Below, one piece after another: positions 26,803 through 34,741 of a stretch of DNA of 50,778 nucleotides. The position numbers and the translations under genes were made by a program. Origin of the DNA: a virus (lineage: Duplodnaviria; Caudoviricetes); the IMG/VR virus record IMGVR_UViG_3300036806_000033, positions 1 to 50,778 of that record; one strand, 5' to 3'. The notes beneath the pieces were generated by a model. It had not been told where the DNA came from, made no database searches, and worked only from the letters and a program-made list of their open reading frames with translations. Position 1 is the stretch's first letter; every line of letters begins with the position of its first letter.

Positions 26803-26871
26803 TGTCTTAATCATGCAGGTTCGATCCCTGCCAGTGGTGTGTAACCGCTGTGGCGTAAAAAGTCGGGGACA
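26803..26871 (+). ncRNA. Circularly permuted tRNA-like module (YrlA/Y-RNA-like order: T arm, closed acceptor stem, D-like arm)
   Basis: GCAGG-TTCGATC-CCTGC, then CAGTGGT-gtgta-ACCGCTG, then TGGCGTAA; closed by TGTCTT/GGGACA. Confidence 0.6.
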
Positions 26872-27280
26872 AGTTTGTGGTGATCCAAACACTGGCTAGT
26901 TTGGCCCCCCTAGGCAACCGTAAGGAAGATAGCATCGGCAATAAAAGTTCAAACATGAACAGGAGATCATCCCAGTCGACTGAAAACTGTCCCATGGTGA
27001 ATGGATTACAGAAAGATTGTCGACGACTCACCTTAGTAATGGATGAATGAACAAGACAAGCACGGACAAGTAAGGGTTATCCCTCGGAAATCTCATCTTC
27101 ATGAGATACCTAAGATGCTAAAAGAGCAACAGTCCATACTCGACACGGTGCCCGAAAAGGCCTTTCACCAAGAGGATTTATCCCCACCACATTAAGTGGA
27201 GTGGACTAACGTCCGCTTTAATATTGTGGACATGGATGTGCAGCTTTCATCGGGGCAGGAGACTGCTCAAACCCTGGACA

Positions 27281-27374
27281 CGCGCTAAGGGCTGAAACGA
27301 TGTTAAGTGCTCTCCTCAGTCAGTAGACCTGTTAAAAGGTTAAGGTATTGTAGGTTCGAACCCTACCAGCGCGA
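27281..27374 (+). tRNA. Non-canonical tRNA-like element (possibly Asn-derived), no encoded CCA
   Basis: Acceptor CGCGCT/AGCGCG, T arm GTAGG-TTCGAAC-CCTAC, oversized D arm, GACCT-gttaaa-AGGTT anticodon-like arm. Confidence 0.55.
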
Positions 27375-28272
27375 ATGCTGATCGCTGACTTAGTATGTGA
27401 GATGGCTCGATCTAGCAACATCTAGGGAGCTTGGGTGAAACCAAGTGTCATTCAGTCTGAATAACTGAATGTTGTGGGAGTGATGAACCATCCGTGGCTT
27501 ATGACTGATCTGCTGTAGGATAATGCTCTAGTTAAATGCTTCGTAATTGGACGATGTCATGAACTGGAAAGCAAGCCCTGAAACAAACTTTGGTGTATAA
27601 TAACGTTCCTCAGGTGGAATAGGAAAACCAAAGCAAAAGTACCAATACCCCGTTAACTCCGCAGTGAAGTGAAGAACTAGCTGATGGGGATAAGAGGCTC
27701 CAGTAGCGTAAGTAGTCTGCCAAGAAAGCTGATCCCAATGTACATGATCAGTGACGGTGATGCGTTTGTACCACCCCATCTGCTACGAATAGAGGAGCAG
27801 TATAAAAGGTGTGGGAGCTAAATGTGAGATACCGTGTAGGCACGAAACGTGAAAGATAGGCCCTCCTTTACGGGCTGACTTAACCAAAGGAAGAAAATAA
27901 AGATGCCTGAGATGACATAGGAGCCATTCTAGCGGCTATTCACCTTCATCTTTAGCATAATAAAACTTCCTCGCGACTCCAAAGCACGCCAGATTAGCGT
28001 ACACTAGGAGCTAGAAGCGTGTCAGAAGTATTCAGGCTGGTAGTTTCCCAGTTCTGTCGAAAATGGCATTGGTAGCGAGAACGTTAAGTCTCGCTAAATT
28101 CCTCAAACGGAAGGAGATGAAAATGGGCATCACTCTGGACATGCGAGATGAGATAACTGTTAAACAACCTTGGAGCACGGGTCCGCCTTAAGATGCTGCG
28201 CGCGTAGAACATGCCGCAGCGGGGGAGGAGGCTTAACAGCCACTCCCCCCACATTCATAGGAGACTGTCGAC

Positions 28273-28581
28273 ATGAACCAACCAATCATCATAGTTCCTG
28301 GGGGACAAGGCGGGGGATACAACAATCACCCTCGTCCACCGAGACGAAGGAAGAACAGAGCTGACAAAAAAGCTGACTCTGAAAAAGAAAAGAAAAAAAA
28401 GGAAGCTGAAACTAAAAAACAGTTGCGTTTGCGTATATTTTATGCTATAAGCATTTTTGTTCTCCCACTATTCGGCATTTCTGCCGCATTCGTTCTCCTC
28501 GCCGTTGGATTAGGTGCAGTTAAACTCACAGAGATTTCTGCATATCTCCTACGACTCATAGTTAATCAATCAGCACATTGA
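28273..28581 (+). CDS. Membrane protein with a basic N-terminus
   Basis: AGGAG RBS; K/R-rich stretch followed by a long hydrophobic segment. Confidence 0.7.
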   Translation: MNQPIIIVPGGQGGGYNNHPRPPRRRKNRADKKADSEKEKKKKEAETKKQLRLRIFYAISIFVLPLFGISAAFVLLAVGLGAVKLTEISAYLLRLIVNQSAH

Positions 28582-29534
28582 AAACAATACATACTCTAAT
28601 ACCCGACATTTACAAGATCGTTAACACGAACTGGATGACGGATGAACTAGCCAACATACTGGCTAGGGACATCGCCAGTCGACTAGGGACCGGTAGGCAG
28701 GCGCGAAGGGCTCTGCGCCTTTCTGAACTCAGGCCTAGATGTCCCAAAGCCTTATGGCACAGTGTCCATACTCCTGAACTCGCAGCGCCGCTCCCGCCGT
28801 GGGTTCATATAAAGTTGATGTATGGACACATTCTTGAAGCCCTTGTCTTAACGCTAGCTAGAGCCGCTGGACATAAGGTTGAAGGAGAACAAGATGAATT
28901 GGTCTGCTGTGGGGTCGTGGGTCATCGGGACGCTGTTATTGATGGCTGCGTGGTCGATGTTAAGTCTTCTAGCGTTCTGGCTCTGGACAAGCTCAAAACT
29001 GGGTCCATTGAGCAGAACGACGGGTTTGGTTATCTTGATCAGCTTGACGCTTATATTGGCGGGAGTGCAACTGACTCACTTACAACCGTGAAAGATAAAG
29101 GCTATCTATTGGGCATTGGTAAAGAATTAGGACATTTAGCATTACATGAACACAAGTACAGAGCCAGTCATATTGAAGAAAGAATTCGGGATTATCAAAG
29201 GATTATTGCTCTCCCTGAACCGCCGAATTGCGAATGTGGAACTGAAGCTTTCACAAATGGAAACACGAAGCTTGATACCAGAGCAAGTTACGATGAAATG
29301 CGCTACGTCTGCTGGCCAAAACTTAGAACCTTTATCTACGCCAAAGGTCCAGTCTACCTGACCAACGTAGTTAAAGCACCTAAAGACGTCCCGGAGCTTG
29401 ACAAACACGGGAGGATATGTTATAATGGGCTGTATAATGTTACGTGGCCGATGCAAATGTCTGAACCCGTGGCAGGAGTGCAAGCACATTCATCCTCTTC
29501 AGCGTCATCCCAAACCGGAAGACTACTACAATGA
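28578..29534 (+). CDS. PD-(D/E)XK (Cas4/RecB-like) phage exonuclease
   Basis: LRLS....C...LW, GHILE, GHRDAVIDG.VVDVKS, Y..QL.AY. Confidence 0.88.
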   Translation: MKTIHTLIPDIYKIVNTNWMTDELANILARDIASRLGTGRQARRALRLSELRPRCPKALWHSVHTPELAAPLPPWVHIKLMYGHILEALVLTLARAAGHKVEGEQDELVCCGVVGHRDAVIDGCVVDVKSSSVLALDKLKTGSIEQNDGFGYLDQLDAYIGGSATDSLTTVKDKGYLLGIGKELGHLALHEHKYRASHIEERIRDYQRIIALPEPPNCECGTEAFTNGNTKLDTRASYDEMRYVCWPKLRTFIYAKGPVYLTNVVKAPKDVPELDKHGRICYNGLYNVTWPMQMSEPVAGVQAHSSSSASSQTGRLLQ

Positions 29535-29578
29535 GTTGCCCAATATCGACTATGTGCTAACAATAATACAAAACGCCG

Positions 29579-30130
29579 ATGGGGCAACTTCGCAATTCTT
29601 TCGAGAAAAAGACACTCGAACATTTAGAACAAAAATCTATCCATGTTGAATACGAGACAGAAAAGTTTGATTATGTCGTCTACGGCACTTACTGGTCAGA
29701 CTTTAAAATTCACCGAGTTCTTCAAGAACCATTATATGTTGAAACCAAAGGTTACCTAAGACCTGAAGATAAAATCAAACTTAGGGCAGTTAAGATCACT
29801 CATCCGGAATTAGACCTGCGTATACTGTTTTATGCCTACAAAAAGAAAGATACCCGTTGGGCAGACAAGTATCAGTTTAAATACGCGATCGGTACAATTC
29901 CAGATGAATGGTTAAAGGATGCAGAACATGTCACTCAAAATGGTGATTGCAGTCCGTCAAGACATTCAAATGAACAAAGGCAAGACAGCTGCACAAGTAG
30001 CCCACGCCGCAGTCGGTTGCCTCGCAGACGTAAAAACAAGACATCCAATCGTAGATCGTTGGTTATCCACAGGAGAAGCAAAGATCGTGGTCAAAGCAAC
30101 AGACTTGCAACAAATATACGATCTGGCTGA
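29579..30130 (+). CDS. T7 endonuclease I-like Holliday junction resolvase with a C-terminal run-on into pth2
   Basis: RNSFE...YE...Y.SDF...YVETKG...D..K...HPELDLR..F...WA.K..F.YA...IP.EWL. Confidence 0.88.
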   Translation: MGQLRNSFEKKTLEHLEQKSIHVEYETEKFDYVVYGTYWSDFKIHRVLQEPLYVETKGYLRPEDKIKLRAVKITHPELDLRILFYAYKKKDTRWADKYQFKYAIGTIPDEWLKDAEHVTQNGDCSPSRHSNEQRQDSCTSSPRRSRLPRRRKNKTSNRRSLVIHRRSKDRGQSNRLATNIRSG

Positions 30131-30278
30131 TCTTTGTCAGGCTCAAGGTTTAATGTACAACACTGTAACAGATAGTGGTAAAACTGTCTTTCATCAACCA
30201 ACAGTAACGTGTATCGCAATTGGTCCTGATACCGTTGAACAAGTTGACTTAGTGACCAAAGGACTCAAACTCCTATGA
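29928..30278 (+). CDS. pth2: Peptidyl-tRNA hydrolase, PTH2 family
   Basis: KMVIAVR.D..M.KGK.AAQ.AHA ... KIVVK ... DSGKT...PTVTCIAIGP...VD.VT.GLKLL; AAGGA RBS before 29928. Confidence 0.93.
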   Translation: MSLKMVIAVRQDIQMNKGKTAAQVAHAAVGCLADVKTRHPIVDRWLSTGEAKIVVKATDLQQIYDLADLCQAQGLMYNTVTDSGKTVFHQPTVTCIAIGPDTVEQVDLVTKGLKLL

Positions 30279-30353
30279 ACGAAATAGCAAAGATTGGTTA
30301 TTTCACTTTAGGTCTAATCTTAGGTGGAATGATCATGTGGATGGTAGACTACT

Positions 30354-30575
30354 TTGTCTACTTTGAATACTTCAAAGCAATCCTTCGTATATGTGGAGCA
30401 CCGTGTGCGAACACTTAAGCATCCACATAGCCGGTTAGAACGGATGGAGGCGAGTAAGCAACATGAACGCCCAAAGGCCGGTACCAAAGGTCCACGTATC
30501 CGAGAAGTCTTGGAAGACGCGGAAACCAAACAACAACTCATACGAGTCAAGAATTTTGGAGAAGTCGATCTCTGA
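30354..30575 (+). CDS. Small hypothetical protein (start uncertain)
   Basis: ORF track; overlapping candidates make the start ambiguous. Confidence 0.45.
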   Translation: MSTLNTSKQSFVYVEHRVRTLKHPHSRLERMEASKQHERPKAGTKGPRIREVLEDAETKQQLIRVKNFGEVDL

Positions 30576-30768
30576 TGATCACATTCTCTCTTTCGTAGAA
30601 ATCTACTTTCGTTCTAGAACGATGGGACTTATACGAAAAGATGATGAAGTAAAAAAGAGATGGTTAGACGTGAATGATAATGGGGACATTGTGGTAAAAT
30701 TCCTCCTTCGCGGTCCTCCAATGAAAATAAATAAGAAGGGGGTGAAGATTACCATCATCAATGCATAA
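30463..30768 (+). CDS. Hypothetical protein
   Basis: GGAGG RBS before ATG 30463. Confidence 0.55.
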   Translation: MNAQRPVPKVHVSEKSWKTRKPNNNSYESRILEKSISDDHILSFVEIYFRSRTMGLIRKDDEVKKRWLDVNDNGDIVVKFLLRGPPMKINKKGVKITIINA

Positions 30769-30991
30769 CTATCCTAAAGAAACTAAATACGAAGACAGTG
30801 CTGCGCAGGTCAGACGTCGAGAAGCTCGCAATCGAGCTAGAGCTAAAGCAGCTAAAGCCGGTAAAGTTCACAAAGGTGATAACCGAGAGGTAGATCATCT
30901 TGGATTCCATAGAACTGGATCACTTGACAAAGTGAAGACAGCTGTGGTATCTAAACATGCTAACAGAATTAGACAACCTAAAAGAAAATAA
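30761..30991 (+). CDS. Small HNH-like protein typical of podoviruses
   Basis: R.ARNRAR......G.VHKGD.REVDH...HANR. Confidence 0.75.
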   Translation: MHNYPKETKYEDSAAQVRRREARNRARAKAAKAGKVHKGDNREVDHLGFHRTGSLDKVKTAVVSKHANRIRQPKRK

Positions 30992-31107
30992 GCGTCCAGC
31001 GGTCGTGCGCACCGGATGCAAAATGCTCCTAGCACGACTAGGGGCTACCAATTCCTCGAAAGAGGAACAACCGCCCAGCAATGGGCCAACAAAGGAGTAA
31101 GCAAAAA

Positions 31108-31254
31108 TGAAGCTTACCACGCTCGATGCCAACACCCAGACTAAGCCGGTGAAGGCAGACCCTAATACTGAGATGAACAAGCCTCAGGTTATGGTTGAGT
31201 ACCAGGATGAGACCGATCTTAACGGTCAACCCCTGCCTACCCCTGCTCAGTAAT
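31108..31254 (+). CDS. Small hypothetical protein (48 aa)
   Basis: AAGGAG RBS; MKLTTLDANTQTKPVKADPN... Confidence 0.65.
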
Positions 31255-31327
31255 GAGCAATAGAGAATAGATGAGAAGTGACCTTGACAGACTTTTCATC
31301 TATTCTCTTTCTTTCAGGAGAAAGACA

Positions 31328-31792
31328 ATGAGTTACGACTGTTACGAATGTGTCATCGAAGTCGATACCGAAGATTATATCGACCGACCACAACGAAAGG
31401 AGAAAACTACAATGAATGATTTCCGATCTTATCTTAACCGACGAGTTGATCGCGTCTTTGAAGATGGAAGGATTACTCTAGCCAAGAAGTTTTTCTTGCT
31501 AGAGGATAATCCTCCGCAAACGGCTGAAGCCCTTGTTGAAGTCATCAAATCTGGTAAGTATCAACTGCCAACCAAAGATGAAAAGACTGGGTTGACGTCT
31601 TACGGTATGGGTCCCTACGGGATTATCTTCCGTGATCCTGCTAATGTTGCTGATCCTACTGGATTTGAAGCAGCGTTGAAGGAGTTGAAGAAGGAAAAGA
31701 TGAAAGCTCTTGATGTTATCAATATCCTGGATGAGGTTACCTCTAAACAGGCTCTTGATAACTTCATGACTTACGTTGAGTCCTTGAACTAA
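31328..31792 (+). CDS. Hypothetical protein (second in-frame start at 31412)
   Basis: AGGAG RBS before both MSYDCY and MNDFRS; last gene of the plus arm. Confidence 0.75.
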   Translation: MSYDCYECVIEVDTEDYIDRPQRKEKTTMNDFRSYLNRRVDRVFEDGRITLAKKFFLLEDNPPQTAEALVEVIKSGKYQLPTKDEKTGLTSYGMGPYGIIFRDPANVADPTGFEAALKELKKEKMKALDVINILDEVTSKQALDNFMTYVESLN

Positions 31793-31839
31793 CCTACCCC
31801 GCTCCAGTGGGCGCTCCAACGCTCTAGCGGGAATAGAAG

Positions 31840-31876
31840 AAGCCTCGGTGGCCTTTCATGGCTGCCGAGGCTTTTT
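31840..31876. terminator. Terminator at the convergence of the two arms (probably bidirectional)
   Basis: AAGCCTCGGTGGCC-tttcat-GGCTGCCGAGGCTT followed by TTT; A-rich 5' flank. Confidence 0.88.
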
Positions 31877-31902
31877 CATGTCTAAATTCTAAATAAGGTC
31901 TG

Positions 31903-32040
31903 TTATGCTCTTCCACGGCCTACGGCCTGAGCACCTTTATGTTTACTATTCCATATTTTAGCTGCTTTAGTTTTAGCTGCTTTAGTTGACATTCCTTTAG
32001 CAATAAAGGAATCTCTTATTTTTTCATATCCTGCTGGCAT
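31903..32040 (-). CDS. Small basic protein (45 aa)
   Basis: MPAGYEKIRDSFIAKGMSTKAAKTKAAKIWNSKHKG; TAATG coupling. Confidence 0.7.
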   Translation of the reverse strand: MPAGYEKIRDSFIAKGMSTKAAKTKAAKIWNSKHKGAQAVGRGRA

Positions 32041-32540
32041 TAGAATTTCTTTCTTTTATCATTATCATTGGCTGGCTTAGGAGGTTTACTTAATCCACCA
32101 GCTATATTAGGCACAGTTGTTCCTAAGTTAGGTGGAATATTATCATTCTGTGCATATACAACTGGTTTACCTAAATCTTTAGAACGTATATAATCTTCCT
32201 CTCCAGGTCTTATAACTCTACCTTTTTCTCCTGGTGAAGGTATTTTAAAAGTATCTAAAATCTGCTGATCATTACGTTTATCCTCAATATACTTTTTATA
32301 ATCTTTCATAGTATCTGAAGGTACCATATATCCTTGAGGAGGTAAATCAGTTAACACTTCACTTTCCCAATCTCCTTTCGGAGTAGGTGCATTAACAGGT
32401 CCGACTGGAGGTTTAGGTTTATCAGATTTAGTGTATCCATATAAAGCATTAAACCCCTCAGCAATATATTCTGAAGGAGAATTCCCCATGAAATTCTCTA
32501 ATGAATCATAACGTTCACCGCTAGAAGTAGTTATAGACAT
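32040..32540 (-). CDS. Pro-rich hypothetical late protein
   Basis: 166 aa, coupled to both neighbours; PANDN near the C-terminus. Confidence 0.75.
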   Translation of the reverse strand: MSITTSSGERYDSLENFMGNSPSEYIAEGFNALYGYTKSDKPKPPVGPVNAPTPKGDWESEVLTDLPPQGYMVPSDTMKDYKKYIEDKRNDQQILDTFKIPSPGEKGRVIRPGEEDYIRSKDLGKPVVYAQNDNIPPNLGTTVPNIAGGLSKPPKPANDNDKRKKF

Positions 32541-34741
32541 TACTTACCCTCTTCATATGCTTTCTTAATACGAGCTTTAGCTGCAGCAATATCTTCACCA
32601 GGCTGAAGCGTGACAGGTTTCGCACTTGTAGACTTCTCAACGGCACCTAACATCTCAGCTGGGATACCAGAGAAACCTTCAAAATTGAAGTTAAGTTCTC
32701 TAAGCTTTTGTAAGGTATAAACCGTTGAAGAATGTCCATCTTTCTTAGCTATATAATTAAGAGAATCTAATCCAGTATTAACCTGATCAATAACTCTTTT
32801 TACAGCTGGAGGAACGTCTTTAAAAGTAGTTGTGCCTGCCTTAGGTTTAACATGAAAATGACCTTCCTTGTCATCCCAACCAAAATCTAAATCTTTAAAA
32901 TATTTATTCTCAGTAAATTGATCTAGCTGTTTAAGTTGACCAGTAAATAATATATCTCCATGTTCATGTTCAACATATGTCTTATACATATTCCATGTTT
33001 CAGGACCAAGACGTTTCATCTCATCAGCATTAGCATCTTTAGTCATACGCTTAAAGATTGCCATACGTCCTGGCTTATATTGTAATACTCCATTACGATC
33101 ACGTTCATAACTGTCGTTAGGAAAGTTCTTTAAGAAACCTTGGTTAGCTGCGTCAAAGAATGATTTAGCAACATTACGCTTTTGATTATCATCTCTTAAA
33201 CCACCATCTTTAGCAGGCTTACTAATTAAATCTACTTTTTCAACAAGACTTCTAGCTGCCTGAGGATTCTTACCATAATCTATTAAGACTTTAGCTGCAT
33301 CATTAGCAGGAGTTCCTTTAGTGACCATTCCTACTTCACGATTCTTATCCCAGGCTTGCAATGCTTCAGATACATCTGGATGATTTGCTTCATATAACTT
33401 CTGTCCCCATTCCGGACTTATCTTAGCAGCTGCTCCAAGATTAATCATGTGAGGACCTAAATCTTTATCATCTAACATGGATTTAGTGGCTGCTTGAACC
33501 ATAGCATTATGTTGAGCAGGTATATAAGAAGCTAATCCAAAATCTTTATTTTCTACTGCTTGAATTACACGATCAACAGCCCCTAATGCAGTTTGAATCT
33601 GTGCTCGTCCTTTAGCTGCTCCATCTTCTCCACCGGCTCCAAGTAATGTAGCTGTAGTCTTACCACTATTTTTTTCAAGAGGTCTAAACAACTCTTTTTC
33701 CATAGCTGCTTCTTGCTGATCTCTGAGCAAATGAAGAGTCTGTTTAAGTTTCTCAACCTCTAAAGGATTAGTAGCAGCAGCACCACCTGCTTGAATCTCT
33801 TGAACACGTGCATTTATCTGCTCCAGATTCTTGTATCCTGCTTTGTCATACATGGTTTGAAAACCACCATTGACAACATTAGAAGTATAATCTGCCCAAG
33901 ATTTACCAGCTGCATCTTTAGTAAATTTATTACTAGCATCAAGCTGTTCAACACTAAGCTTTAAACCATCCTTAGCCGACTCATAACGTCTGACTGCTCT
34001 TTCAAGAACAGGAATAGCTGTTCTATCTCCAGCATGTAAACGATCTACTAAAGTATCAATACCTGGAACATCTGAATGAGAATGCGCATAACTAATAGAA
34101 TTCTTTAAGTCTTCGTCTTTACCAGCATTAGCTGATAAGAAATATTGTTGAAGAGCTTGCATTTTAGCGTTAGCAGTATTACCAAAACCTGCTCTAGCAA
34201 ATTCATGGTCAATATAATCAACATGATCTGGAAATCTAGCACGTAATGCTTTAGCTTGTCTGTCTACTTCGGCTGTTAATAGAACACTATTAATTTTAGT
34301 ATCCAACTTTGCTTGAGATAATTGTCCAGCAATTTGTGGAACAGTTCTAAGATCAGTCGGAAGAGTCTTCTTATCTACACCAGGTTGTAGAAGTTCTATA
34401 CCAGCATTAGGAGCATTAATAGAAGTTTGAAGTTCTTTATCTCCTATAGTCTGATTATAAAAGTTCTCATATGCAGCTGTAGCTTGATCTCTAGCTTTTT
34501 CAGCCAATTTTATTTCATTCTCACCTTCAAGACCAGGAGAATTCTCAATCTGTTGTCTAGTCTGAAACTCTTGAACCTTACCAATGTCCTTAACCATCTC
34601 ACCAGCATGAGCTAATCCTTGACCTACTCCAGTCAAAGCTGTGCCTATAGCCTTATTACCTTCCACAGGTGATATAGGTCGAGAATAATTCCGAAAGTCT
34701 TCTTCCTGAACTTGTTGTGGATTTGGGTTAAATACGTTCAA
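32540..34741 (-). CDS. Internal virion (ejection) protein
   Basis: 733-aa A/Q/K-rich helical protein in the internal-protein position. Confidence 0.7.
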   Translation of the reverse strand: MNVFNPNPQQVQEEDFRNYSRPISPVEGNKAIGTALTGVGQGLAHAGEMVKDIGKVQEFQTRQQIENSPGLEGENEIKLAEKARDQATAAYENFYNQTIGDKELQTSINAPNAGIELLQPGVDKKTLPTDLRTVPQIAGQLSQAKLDTKINSVLLTAEVDRQAKALRARFPDHVDYIDHEFARAGFGNTANAKMQALQQYFLSANAGKDEDLKNSISYAHSHSDVPGIDTLVDRLHAGDRTAIPVLERAVRRYESAKDGLKLSVEQLDASNKFTKDAAGKSWADYTSNVVNGGFQTMYDKAGYKNLEQINARVQEIQAGGAAATNPLEVEKLKQTLHLLRDQQEAAMEKELFRPLEKNSGKTTATLLGAGGEDGAAKGRAQIQTALGAVDRVIQAVENKDFGLASYIPAQHNAMVQAATKSMLDDKDLGPHMINLGAAAKISPEWGQKLYEANHPDVSEALQAWDKNREVGMVTKGTPANDAAKVLIDYGKNPQAARSLVEKVDLISKPAKDGGLRDDNQKRNVAKSFFDAANQGFLKNFPNDSYERDRNGVLQYKPGRMAIFKRMTKDANADEMKRLGPETWNMYKTYVEHEHGDILFTGQLKQLDQFTENKYFKDLDFGWDDKEGHFHVKPKAGTTTFKDVPPAVKRVIDQVNTGLDSLNYIAKKDGHSSTVYTLQKLRELNFNFEGFSGIPAEMLGAVEKSTSAKPVTLQPGEDIAAAKARIKKAYEEGK

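Larger units (their letters stand above)
26131..28105 (+). ncRNA. Cluster of large structured ncRNA(s), family unassigned
   Basis: About 2 kb with no credible ORF; many nested helices with G-U pairs on the + strand, long-range closing stems and two T-arm (GGTTCGA) modules. Confidence 0.8.

Noticed and set aside
26477-27779. Short minus-strand ORFs within the ncRNA interval
   Set aside because: All are under 85 aa, mutually overlapping, antisense to the arm and without RBSs or protein-like motifs
27960-28010. HDV-like (theta) ribozyme suggested by TTCCTCGC
   Set aside because: No P3 closing pairs or P1/P1.1 nesting around the motif
28578-29534. Cas4 as evidence of a CRISPR-Cas system
   Set aside because: It is a stand-alone phage replication exonuclease in its usual context; no cas1/cas2 or array
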